From Camelus ferus (lineage: Eukaryota): a stretch of 64,000 nt of DNA. The stretch covers positions 55,182,001-55,246,000 of the forward strand of contig NC_045697.1 of assembly GCF_009834535.1 (NCBI RefSeq), given 5' to 3'. Positions 13,250 to 25,160 of the stretch are shown in pieces (the stretch's first letter is position 1; each line of letters starts with the position of its first letter). The notes beneath the pieces were generated by a model. The model made no database searches and had not been told where the DNA came from. It saw only the letters and a list, made by a program, of their open reading frames with translations. The position numbers and the translations under genes were made by a program.

Positions 13250-13390
13250 ATAGAGCACTGGATGAGATTTTGGTTCTAATTTTGCCTTTGACTTGAACTA
13301 TGTAGCTGTGACCTTGAGAATGCACTTCTACTCCAGGTCCTAGTGTCTGTCATTGTAAAGGAGGAATTGAGTTGAATGGACTGCACAATA
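13250..13390 (+). mobile_element. MIR relic
   Basis: 'agagcactggatgag...ggttctaattttgcc...tagctgtgaccttgagaa...cattgtaaag'. Confidence 0.5.
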
Positions 13391-13806
13391 TATTGTCTTT
13401 TTTCCTGGGTTTAAGCTACCTGACACAAAAATCTGAGATTTTGTCAAGATCTAAAGCTTTTGATTCATATGAAACCTTATCTTCTAGTAATACAAAAGTG
13501 CCATGGTGAATGAATAACAGAGCACGTTTTTCTCTGACTTACTAAGTATGGTAGGAGTGATTGCAAAACAAGAAGTCCTTGAAAGATATCCAGTATGATG
13601 GCTTTATTCACCTGTTTAATGCCAACAATTAGTTTTGGATAATGGAGAACAAGACAGTTGCATATCAGTCTAACATTTCAGACTTACTAAAAGTCCTTTT
13701 TCTTTGAAGCATCTCTTGATAGTGAAGAATGTCTAAGGCCTTAGGATGCAAAAACATACCTTGGCTCCTTCTTCTGCACAGCAACACACAGATGTGATTT
13801 GGGGGC

Positions 13807-13972
13807 TAGTTCTGAAAATGTGGTCCCTGAACTGGCAGCTTTAACAACAACTGGAAACTTGTTATAAATGCAGAGTCTCAGGCCCCACCCCAGACCTTCT
13901 GAATCAGAACCTGTGTGGGTGGATCCAGTGTTCTGGGTGATTCTGATGTACACAAAAGTTTGAGAAGCACTG
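13807..13972. mobile_element. MER5A-type DNA transposon
   Basis: 'aatgtggtccctgaac...ggaaacttgttataaatgcagagtctcaggccccaccccagacc...gaatcagaa...aaagtttgagaagcactg'. Confidence 0.85.
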
Positions 13973-14220
13973 TTTTCAGGAAAACAAAATCTTAAATGCT
14001 GACTAGTCTTCTGAACCTCAGCTTATTGGCCATTCAGAATTAATCTCAATGAAGTTCTTTCTCATAAAATGAAACATATTTCAACATTTCAATATATAAT
14101 ATGTATAAATGCTCACATGTTCAAAGAATGTCTATGTTCTTCTACTTTCTAAACCTAACAATGAGCCTACACCTTTATTAGAGAACAGTGAAGTCCTGAT
14201 TTGAAGAGCAGGAAGGTCAT

Positions 14221-14340
14221 TTATTTATTAGTATAAATGGTTAATTATATAATTATATAATTAATTATATAATAAAATTAGTATAAATTTATTAGTATAA
14301 ATTATTAGTATAAATAAATTATACTATTATTAGTATAAAT
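14221..14340. repeat. AT-rich low-complexity tandem/palindromic repeat (TTAGTATAAAT units)
   Basis: Five TTAGTATAAAT copies and two overlapping perfect palindromes (14241-14264, 14252-14273) read directly. Confidence 0.85.
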
Positions 14341-15329
14341 CCATATATTCCTCATTTCCCTCTCTTTTAAAAAATATGCTCTCAAATATTCAGGAAGCAC
14401 AGACTTCTGAAGAGTTTGGGAAGAAATTACTTTGCTTCACACACCAAGGCCCCCACAGTCATGTTGTCTTTGAGCTTAACGTGTCCACAAAGCTGCCTTC
14501 TCATCACGTATCCATGTCTTTGTTGCAAAAGGAGATCAGTGGCCATGGGTGCAGCTGCCTCTCTTTTGTAAGTTTTCTGTGTGTTCTTATTCCACTTCCT
14601 TCAGTGTCCCTTAGTTTCAGAAATAATGAGAAAGATTTCTCTTCTCTGTACTTTTTATCATAGTTAGAGGAAAGAGAAAAACCTCATTAAAATAATGAAG
14701 TGATTTCAGCCTGATTAATTATGTCCCAAAGCCATTGAAGTCCATAGGTAATGAAAACACTCAACTGTCCTCAGCTCTGGTTGTAAGATAGTTATTTGCT
14801 CCTTTTTCAGCAACTTTGGGTATGTAGGAGGGAGCCGGCTTTGCCACAGCCAAACTCAGATGAATGATCTCTTTCGTCTTGTGATGCAGCTGGATCAATT
14901 TGGTCACCAGGAGTAGACAGATTTCATCCGAGCCTTTTGACAGAAATTCATTTGGCACAGAGAAATCACTGAGGAGTTTGCGATGCCTGTTGTCAGTGGA
15001 ATGAATTTAAACATAGAAAAAGGAAAAAAATAATCCTTCACTTAGACAAACAAATAGGAAGAAAACGAAGGCTCACCAAACACTGCAAGCTGTTCTGTCA
15101 AAGATGTATTTGATGGCTATTGAGCACTGTAGGTGAAGGAAATATGTGGTCACTGCTTAACTTGGGCTAGTTCTTTGTTTCTAAGGAGTTGAATTTAAAG
15201 ACATTAACGCATATTACTGACATAATTATTTTTGACTAAAAAAAGGAAATAGAGATGAAATTGATTTGTTCATGGTTTCTGTTTACTCTGATTTATAGAA
15301 TTGATCTTGATCAGACCTCTTTACCAGGG

Positions 15330-15860
15330 AAAACAATTGCTCGTGTAATTACTGCTCTTTTGAACAGGAAGTAGATCTGAAATCACACGAATCATCATGA
15401 TGAGGTTTTATAAAGCTCCAACTAAAACCGCAGGTAAAACAGCAGGTGTTTGGATTTTAGTTAAGAGGGATAAGAGGCTTTATTGTACCACAGAAGGCGG
15501 CTCCATAGTCACTGGCAACAGATGAAGATATTTTGAAGTGCATAACTTCCTCCAAAGAGAAACACGCAAATAAGTAAGTTATTAGAGAAGACCTAGAAAT
15601 ATGGATTGACTGTAAATGGAATTTACAGCTTGATATATGTGAATTGAGTTGTAATACCAATAACACAAATGCTCAGCTATAATAGGATTCCTAAGAGACT
15701 GGGTGGTTATCAGCCGCAAAAGCCGTAATAGCAGTCCCTCTCCCTTTAATGGCTAATCTTTCTCCAGTCGTGTTCTGGAGGCAATGCTGTGGATGGGATT
15801 CAGTCATTTAATTATGAGGCGAGGGGACAAAAGGCCATAAACCAAAGCTCATGTTACTCA
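15330..15860. promoter_or_regulatory. Putative enhancer (ETS/RUNX/E-box motif cluster in unique DNA)
   Basis: CAGGAAGT 15365-15372, AACCGCA 15426-15432, CAGGTG 15443-15448, ACCACA 15487-15492, CAGATG 15519-15524, ACTTCCT 15545-15551; local CpG retention. Motif evidence only. Confidence 0.35.
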
Positions 15861-16312
15861 AGTAGAAATAAAAACTGACTGTCTTAAATTCATCTCATTG
15901 TGGTAATGGCAGAGGGGTGCGGGGAGACAGGAAAGTATTTTCATTCTAAGATAAAAATAAGTAAGACTTCATTTTCCACATTTTGAAATTAGACCTTTTC
16001 TCATTTTCTTAATATTTTACTGATCATCCTGAAGGCTCACTATGTAAGCTGCAAGTATCTCTATCCTTTTAGGATATTTACGTACTTAAACTATTTCAGT
16101 GAAGATTTGTTCATTCAGCACTGACTATGTGCAAGATATAGTGCTTCTGAATACCTGTTTTCCTGTCACTTTTCCAAACCCTGGGTATTAAGTCAGTGGA
16201 GTCAGTTGATATTTGAATTTGTTTTCTAAGGAGCCAGCTTGTACACCCACAGGGCAAGCATTTATGCTTTACATTCTCTCCCACACAGGTATGGGCTTTT
16301 CACGTTTGAGGG

Positions 16313-16493
16313 CAATGGTTCTCAACCCTGACCATATATTAGACTCACCTGGGGAGCTTTACAAATTGCCAATAATTGCTTCCTCCTGCAGATCAATTAA
16401 ATTAGACTTGCTTTCAGTGAGTCCCAGGCATTTATCTTTTAAAACTCTCCGGGTGGTTTTAGTGTGATCCCTAGCCATGATGGAGAGGCGCTG
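16313..16493. mobile_element. MER5-family DNA transposon
   Basis: 'caatggttctcaaccctg...attagactcacctggggagcttt...aaaactctccgggtg...ctg' with CAG/CTG-type hAT termini. Confidence 0.7.
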
Positions 16494-17004
16494 TTTTCTG
16501 ATTTTGACTAGAGAAGTAAATGTGTATTTCATTATTCTGTTTCATCTATTTATTTTTTTCTTCTGCTCTAGGCATTAAATAATTAAGTGATGGCCAACTC
16601 TTTGCATATTGTTTTACAGATTTAAACATTCCATTTATTACAAATCTCACCTGTTGCTGAATATATTTTCATTGATGAACTATAACTGAAATTATTACAG
16701 TCTTGGAAAACACCTAAGATTGAAGTTTTTGTTTCTAGGTTGAATCCTGTAATTAGGCATTTCATCTCAGGTCAATGATTTGGAAAAAAAAATGCCATCT
16801 AAATTAAAGACATTAATAACAAAAGTAGAGCATGATATCACTTTATTGCCCTTTCTTTTCATAACTAAAAATATTATATGCTTTAGTTTTTTCTTTACCT
16901 TTCATCATCCTTCCTGATTCTTTATTGTTGGCCTTGGCTCTTAGTTTTATCTTATAACTGGAGATTTTCTTCTGGTGAATGGTTCATTTTTGCCTATTAA
17001 TATT

Positions 17005-17130
17005 TTAACATTGCATGAAATATTTAAAACTTTGAAAATGGCATAAACAAGGCAACAAATACCCATTTACCCATCACCCAGCTTAGGAACTAAAACATCA
17101 CAATACAATGGAAGCTCTATGCTCAGCTCT
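17005..17130 (-). mobile_element. Old L1ME-type 3' fragment
   Basis: 'aaatacccatttacccatcacccagcttaggaactaaaacatcacaatacaatggaagc' resembles the L1ME 3' end in antisense. Confidence 0.5.
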
Positions 17131-17142
17131 TCCTCCCTCATT

Positions 17143-17240
17143 AGGTTCCAGATTTAGCAAATAACGATACAAGCAGCCAGTAAAACTTGAATTTCAGATA
17201 AACCACTGAAAACTTTGTATTTGTCCCAACTATTGCATTT
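17143..17240. mobile_element. MER53-like hAT element (partial)
   Basis: 'ggttccagatttagcaaataa...cagtaaaacttgaatttcagataaac' matches the MER53 left arm as recalled. Confidence 0.65.
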
Positions 17241-17662
17241 AACTAATGGGACCAGATGCAGGCTTGCTATCTCTTCACTGCATGTTTCCAAGCCTGCTCA
17301 GTAGACTGTGTTCTCTCCTTACTAACAGTGGTCTACAAAAAAAAAAAAAAAAAAAAAAGACTAGTGACAATAATCATGCAAACATTGTTATTCCTAACAT
17401 TCGCAAACAGTCACCTAACAAACCCAAATGCTATGAACAGAGTTCCTGGGATTATTCTGTATTTAATGAACGTCCATTTTGTTGAGATTATAAAAACCTA
17501 TTTTTGTGCCTCTCATTGTAGATAGAAAAATAGAAGTTCCAAGAGATTAGGTAATTAATTCCAAATTCAAATTAAATCAGTGAAGTGGAACCAAAGTCCA
17601 GACTTTCAATTAGAAAGAAAAACTGTCAGTGTTTTCTAAGAATTTCATAAAAAATCAGGGTT

Positions 17663-18147
17663 TGTAGTAGGCAGAATAATTGCCTCCAAAGATGTCCTTG
17701 ATGATCCTTGAAAGCTGTGAATGTTATTTTACACAGCCAAAAGGATTTTGCAGATGGATTCAATTAAGGCCCTTGAGAGGGGGCGAGTACCCTGGATTAG
17801 CCAGGTGGGCCCCATCCAATCACATGAGCTTTTAAAAGTGGAGAACCTTTCCCAGCTGGAGCCCAAAGCGAGCACAGTAATGGAGGAATGGTCAGAGAGA
17901 TGCTAGGCTGCTGACAGTGAAGCTGGGGAACAGAGCTGTGAGCTAAGGAATGTGGGCAGCTTCTAGAAGCTGGAAAAGGTAAGAAAATAAATTCTCTCCT
18001 AGATCACCTTCTAACCCTTCTGACTTCTTGATTTCAGCCAGGTAGGACCTGTTTTGGGCTTCTCATCTAGGAACTCCCATGGAAAATTTTGTGTTAAGTC
18101 GTCAAGTTTGTGTTAAATTTTTACAGTGGCAATGGAAAATTATTGCC
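17663..18147 (+). mobile_element. MaLR LTR, MLT1D-like
   Basis: Starts 'tgtagtaggcagaataattgcctccaaagatgtcc'. Internal 'aggaatgtgggcagcttctagaagctggaaaagg'. Ends 'gtttgtgttaaatttttacagtggcaatggaaaatta'. Confidence 0.85.
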
Positions 18148-18431
18148 TGGTGTATTTTGGCTGTACAGCAATAGTGTTTGTGTAGGTAATTGGTAAACTT
18201 AATAATTCAACAAATATTTCTTGATAATAACAATGATATTTATAGTTAGGAATAAATTTATCCATGGAGATAGGAATCCTGGTACATGGTACTTTTATGT
18301 GGATAAGAATCAAATTGTTTTTTATTTTTGAATGTTGATTTATAGTATCTATCCTAAGAATTTCTAAGTCAGAAGTTCTAGAGTAGGGTCCTGATAGAGA
18401 TGCAAAAGTCACTGGGAAATGGTTTAGCATT

Positions 18432-18871
18432 TACAAACCCAAATGTACCCATCTGCTGAATAAATCAATTGTGTGTGTACACCCATATAGTGGATATTTC
18501 TTAGAAATAAAAAGTACAAACTGCTAATGAATGCAGTGATGTGTATGAACCTCAAAATTATTAATGTTAAACAGTTTACATACAAAAGAAAGCATATGTT
18601 GTGTTTCCACTTATCAGACATTCTGAAAAGGGCAAAACTAAAAAAAGGGATAGAAATCAGATCAAAATTGCCAGAGGCTGTGGGCTCAGGGATGGGATTG
18701 ATGGCAAAGGGTGGGGGAGGGAACTTTGTAGGATGATTAAAATGTTCTATATCTTTATTATGGGCTAGTTACAATCAGTGTATTTTTTGCCAAAGCCCAT
18801 TGAACTTTGTACTTGCAGGGTGAATTTTACTTTATGTACATTGTATCTTAGTAAACCTGGCTTTAAAAAAG
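18432..18871 (+). mobile_element. Old L1 (L1MC/L1ME-type) 3' end
   Basis: 'aaacccaaatgtacccatc...gatgtgtatgaacctcaaaa...ggcaaaacta...atagaaatcagatca...ttgccagagg...aatgttctatatct...agtaaacctggctttaaaaaa'. Confidence 0.8.
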
Positions 18872-21800
18872 TAAAGTCTGTTTAACTATGTCTTACTCAG
18901 CCTTTTACAAACTTAGTTAAAACTAGAACGTGTTTTTTAAGTTGAGCAAGCACAACCGTCTCACAGTTGAGGAAGCGTTGAGCTTAGGAATCTCAGGGTG
19001 AGGAATAGAACATGTTCTTTCACTTGATTCCTCACAAAGTATTAATTAAGCCGTAAAACCTCAATGAAAATGATATAATAAGAATCCTCACTAAGCTCTG
19101 AAAGGAGTCAACTCTGATCCAATTTTCAGACTACATCCTAAGAGAGCCGTGAATTTCAGGTCATTGTGTGCATAGAGATGTAGAGTACCCTGCCCCAACT
19201 AATCTCAGAAGAGAGAAAAAAAATCACAGACTGTTGAAAAGAAACCTCAGAATTCATCTTTTCCTTCTGTGAATCCATCTGGTTTTGCAGTAAGAGTTCA
19301 TTGCCTTTTCCGAGAGTTCTCACAATTAAAGTTCTTGTTAAAGGGAGAAGATGCTTATCTCCAGTAATAGACTGATTTCTAAAATAAAATTATTTTTAAA
19401 ACTATTAAAATTCATTTTACATGGAATATAAAGGGTTAAGGATTCTGTTTAGTGGCTTTTGTCTTTTAAAAAGCCTAAGGTGTTGCACAAAGTATATTGA
19501 TGTATTTTAAAATACTCATTTTACCTCGTCTCGTCTACTCTCATTTACTTCATATAAAAAAATCTTATTTTTCTGGCACTTAGTAGTCCAATGAAGTATT
19601 GCTCTAAAGTCTGTGAAGTTCTCCTGAACCAGGGGTTGAGAATCGGGGATTTCAGAATGAGTCAGGTCGATGTTTACTGTCAGACTATGGTTTGAAGTGA
19701 CTATGTAACATTTCCTGATTCCTTGAGTACAGTGGAATAAAGGAATTTCCAAAGGCCTTCACAGTGAATTTTTTTTAACTGAGTTATAACAATATCAGAA
19801 TTGATAGAAAAGTATGATTGTTTTGAAAGTAACTTTAACAGGATGTGTTAACAGTGCAGGGTGTATTGTGGTTCTGACTGGAGTTAGCTAGAGTGGTTAG
19901 GATGTATTGCAATAGGCCAGGTGGGTGATAATGCAGTGATGGTGAGAACAGAGTTAATGAGAGGTAGTCCTTAGGGACTTGGTGACTAATTGAATAGAGA
20001 GAACACTAGAGAAAATTTAGAGAAGGTTCTAAAGGTTACTGGATACTCAAGTCAATTATCCTAATCTGCCAGGTCCCAGTGTAGTGATTTTTTAACACTG
20101 GCTTTAGAGGACATTGATGTACCTCAAATCTTGCCCGAGTGTTCCACCAAACTTTGAATAACACATAAATTCTATTTTTGTTCTGCCTTAATATTCTGGG
20201 AACTTTATTTTAGAAGACACCATTTTTCCAGGTTTCTTTATTTCCATGAAATATAGTGCCCCTTCTTACTATTTCATACAATTCCATTTTCTGGAGTGAT
20301 TCAGTATATCTCTAAGAGTGACACATTCTTATAGGATAAAGGCCATTAATCTTAATATCACTTTTTATTTGACTGGAAACTCCGTTCACTGAGTGATAGT
20401 CAATTCTGGCATGCCGAATCTTCGCATGCTAAAATAGCTCTCTAAAGACATTTTAACTAAAGTATGTCAGTGAAAAAAGCAAAGAAAAAAATCTGGAAAA
20501 TAAAGCCCCATTGTTTGATTTCAGAATTTTGCCCTTCTACCAAAGTCAAGGTCTGCAGAAAATGTTGACAACTTGATCTGTAATTAAAAGAAAAGGTATT
20601 TATAAGAACCTATTCATATATTTTATGGTATCCCCTGAGATCATTTAACTGACCTAATTTGGGCAGACTAGACAACAAATTAAGGACCTGGTCTCCTCTC
20701 CTTTTATAACTCTGTAAACATAACCCCAAATTGATTGATCCCTAATACATGAGAACCAAATGAAAAATTAATTAGATTGCCTACAACCTTGATGTGAGCA
20801 CTTCCCTGCTTTGTTGCTTTGTTTATTTGATCCTTTTTCTTTTGATTTATCAATAGAGTAGTCCATGTGGAAAAAATAGAAGGAAGGTAATAGCAAGCAT
20901 CAAAGGACTCCAAACTGTGAAACTGAACAGTCCCCACAAAATGTAAGGTTTAGAGTAATACCAATCAAATCTAAAAAAAAAAAAAAAAGATCTAATATAA
21001 TCTAATACTGTGCTATATTAACTGAACAATATATTAACATGAAATCAATTTTTTTCAATTATTAAACTTGTAAACTTTTTGGTATATTTTGTTTTATCTT
21101 TGTACTGGAAACAACAATTTCTGTTAGTGTGTTGATGTCTTCTTAATTTTACTTGTACCTAAACATTCATTACAGAACTGACTTGAAAGTAATTGTAGTC
21201 ATAGAAAATTAGAAGTTTCATGCAGTGTAACCCCTTCATTTTAATGAATATAAGCACTGAAAGCCTCAGAGGCTAGTGGAAGTATTGGGGGACAAGAGAT
21301 CATTTTCCTTGACTTCCATTCCTGTGCTCAACTTTCCCTTCGAAGTTCAGTAACCACCATTAGCTCAGTATCCTGCCAGCCAAAGAAAAAGTTTGTGTGG
21401 CACTAAAATATCCTCCCAAGAGATTGAGACACTTTATTTTAAAACATCTTAGTTAATATCAAACTTGATTATAAATACAATTATTTAATGCTTGGTTCTA
21501 GACCCACAAACCAGGTCTATAGAAATCCACATATCAAATATAAAACAAATAAAAAAAAGTTTTATTTATATTACAAAGTACATTGTAAGAATTTATTTAG
21601 TCAATGGGCATCATGATTGTCATAAAATATTTGACTTTTATGCTTAGTTGGTATTCAGTAATGGGTGAAACGCAAGTTCATCAGGTAATATGTAGCAACA
21701 TTTTGACTGGATTTATATGTAAAATAGAAGAACTTCCCATCTTTGAAGGTGAATCTGTTAGCTGGATTAGTTACTAAAATCACAAATGCAAAAATTTTTT

Positions 21801-21877
21801 ACTAAGATTGAACTAACTGCTCAGATTTTAAATGTTCAAAATTGGTGTACAGTAAAACTAGTTACTAGAATACAAGT

Positions 21878-22456
21878 TGTGCCAGGCAGAATAATGTCCC
21901 CAAAGATGCCCCCAGCTTAGCCTTTGGAATCTGGACATATTACTTTACATAGCAAAAGAGACTTCGGAGATGGAATTAAGACTAAAGATTTTGTAGTAAG
22001 GATATTATCCATGAGGGGCGAATGCAATCACGTGGGTCTTTAAAAGTAGAAGAGGAAGGCAGAAGAGATTTAGAAAGTTGGGAGGATGGAAGTAGAAATG
22101 AGAGATTGAATATGTTGTTACTGATTTCAAAAATGGAGGAAGGAAGAACATGAGCAAAGGAATGCGAGTGACTTCTAGAATCCAGCAACAACTCTCAGCT
22201 GACAGCTAGGAAGGTAAAAGGGACCTCAGCTCTACCACTACAAGGATGTAAATTTTGTCAGCAACTTAAATGAATAAGCAAGTAGATTTTCCCTTCGAGC
22301 CTCCAGAAAGAAAGGTAGCCCTGTTGACAACTTTGAGCTTTAGCCCAGTAAGACCCATCTCAGACTTCTGTTCTACCAAACGCTAAGAAAATAAAAAGGT
22401 GTCTTACCTACTAAATTTGTGGTTATTTTTGATTGCACGAATAGAAAACTAATATA
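21878..22456 (+). mobile_element. MaLR LTR, MLT1D/E-like
   Basis: Starts 'tgtgccaggcagaataatgtccccaaagatg' and ends 'aaatttgtggttatt...atagaaaactaatata'. Flanks CAAGT / CAAGC are a 4/5 match to a 5-bp TSD. Confidence 0.85.
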
Positions 22457-22879
22457 CAAGCTCTTGAAATAATGTGAAAAGAACCAAGTGTGTTAATAAC
22501 TTGTGTGCTAGTATTAATCCTTATAATACACCAAACCTAATTCCAAGCTATATTCTTGAGGTAGTATGCATTTTTTGCTTCTGTTCACTATAGCTAAGGT
22601 AAACAGTTAATCTGATTCTGTTTGTTTGCTTTCTTTTTTTGGGGAGGGGTGGAGGTTGGGGAGAATGGGTCATGTGGAGCCAGTTGACTGCAGAATTATC
22701 AGCAGGAGAACTTTCTTTTCTTGATTTAGGAGTCCTGAGGAAAATAGCTTAAGTAAGGTCTTGCCTTCCCTGAGGCAAAATTATTAAGGAAAAAAATGTT
22801 ATCTTTTCACCTTACCAGTAGCTACTTCAATCAAGAAATATTAATACAAATATTCTAATTGATTCTAAATAAGAGCTTA

Positions 22880-25160
22880 CTCATAATTCATTCACTAGAT
22901 GAATATGTACTGAGCACTTTCTGTCAATCATTCTGACAATGAGGATATGGTAGCAAGAAAACAAATGTATATTTTCATAAAGCCTGGAATTTAGAAATAG
23001 GCAAGTAAATATGTATAATAAGTTGGGAAAATTATATTTAGCGATCTCCCTCTGAGGTGAGGAGTGAGTAACTTATCTACGTAGTGAGTTGCTAAGAAGA
23101 AAAGATGTTTTGAAAATTTATTCCAGAGATGTTGATTCAAGTGCAGATCATTGGTTCAGTTGAGTGGACTACACAATATGTACCCTTTGTTGCAAGAGAG
23201 GATGTGCTAAATGCTCTATGTGGAGAGAGCAGTCATTACTAGAATTTGAACTGAAAAAGAAATGTGGGTTGAAAATATTGAGGTGACTTATCCTGGGATG
23301 TCAATATGCACTCTGTAGTATCTCTTGTATGACTCTTGTCATATATATATATGACACATATATTACATAGTAAACACTACCAGGAAAGACACACACTGGA
23401 TTTCTTATGGGCAAGGATGAAAGAGGAAGAATACGGTCTTTCTACCAGCTGATTTGAGACAAAGTCAAACAATATAATAACTGAATTGATAAGAGGTAAT
23501 AAGAGCCCAACTGAAATTCAAGGGATGACTTCTCTGGAAGTTGGCAAGTGTATGTGTGTGTATCTGCCTATGAGAGATCATGTAGCGGGTATGTACTAGT
23601 ATTCTTGTGAAAAGTATCTATACGTGTGATAAATAGGAATAAGAACAAGGTTTCAGAGAATTACACTAGGTCAAAATGATGAGAACATGGGATATATTAC
23701 ATACATACATTTTAACATAATTTCTCAATATAATTCCTTAAGCTAAACCTTATATAGGATTATTAATTACTGAGTTATGATGGTGAAGTGTTTGGGGCCA
23801 GGGGGATCTGGTTGAGATTAAACAAACAACTTTTTAAAATGATGAATTATTTGTATGATGAAAGCTGTGGTCTATCCTTCCTTTCCTCCTTCACTTCTTC
23901 CCTCCTCTCACAAGAATTTGTATAGTACTTGTTAGATAGTAACTCTGGTATCAAGTAAACAGAATGGGAAATGTAACACATGGTTACCGTTTGACAAGTA
24001 CTGTGATGGGAGAGGTACCTGTTCTGTCTGGGCTATGATAGAGGTTTATATGGTTGGCTGGCTATAAATGACGACACTTGCTTTGAATCAAAGATAATTA
24101 GGAGTCAGCCACGAAGAGAAGGCTAGCAGGAGTCAATGCTAAACCAGGCAGAGGGAACTTTGTGTTAAGATGCAGAGGTATGAACAAGCACGATGCATCT
24201 GGAGAACAGTCAGCAGTTTAGATTGCTTTAGCACAGCGTGGGAGTAGAATGTGATACGCAGATGTCCAATTATGAAGTATCTTATGCTATATTTTGGACT
24301 TAGCACATGAATCAAAGTAGTGGAAAGTTTAAGTTTTACGTGGGATTGGTGATAATTAATATGCTCCAGCTACTATGAGAATTATACATATATTGCCTTA
24401 TTTAATTGCTTTTATGAAGAAGGTACACTTGGTTTTTCTCTGCTTTTACATATATATATAGAGAGAGGGAGAGAAAGGAAATGGGGGAAGGAGAGGGGGC
24501 AGAGAAAAAAGTTCACATGGTTCTCCAAGTCATACCATCTGAGTCGGTAGCCTACTTAAACACGATTCTGTCCTGGTATGATGGAATTTTTTTTTTTTTT
24601 TTTAAAGAATCACTCTGGCAATGTAAATGATGCACTAATGCAGGAAATGTTTCTAAAAAGATGCAACTTAGTCTGTTGCAATAATCAGTATGGGAAATAA
24701 TCATTTTCTTACTTCAAGGAAATTACTGTTGATATAGAAAAGATGGAACAGGTTTTAAATGCTTTGAAGGAGCAGAATTAATAGCACTTGACAACTGATT
24801 GGAGGTGAGGCTAAGAGGTGAATGTGGTTGAGAGTTCTACTTCTAGGCATTTGGTAACAGGGAAGGATGAGAGTCTTCCTAAGTCATGGAATTTCATAAA
24901 CAAGGAAGAGAGGGTTTGATGGTGTGAGAAAGATGATACTCACATTTGGACTTTTAATGTAGAGATAAAATTTTAAGATGTATAAAGAAGTTAATCTTCA
25001 AATGGTGAAGAAAATACCAGAGAGACAGACCAGAAAAGATGGGATCCAAAAAAGAAAAGAGCTTCCCAAGGAGGAAGAGATCAACAGGTTAAACATTGTA
25101 GATGTCAAAAAGCAATAAACCATGTGCTGAATTTTGCAAATTGGAAGTTAACTTTGGAAC
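22880..25160 (-). mobile_element. Discontinuous L2 relic fragments (about 22880-23060, 23890-24300, 24600-25160)
   Basis: 'ttcattcac...tactgagcact' L2 tail in antisense; 'ccaggcagagggaac...agatgcagagg' and 'aaagaatcactctggca' L2-like motifs. Confidence 0.5.

Noticed and set aside
23337..23356. Perfect 20-bp palindrome TGTCATATATATATATGACA
   Set aside because: Mostly an (AT)n run, which is self-complementary by nature
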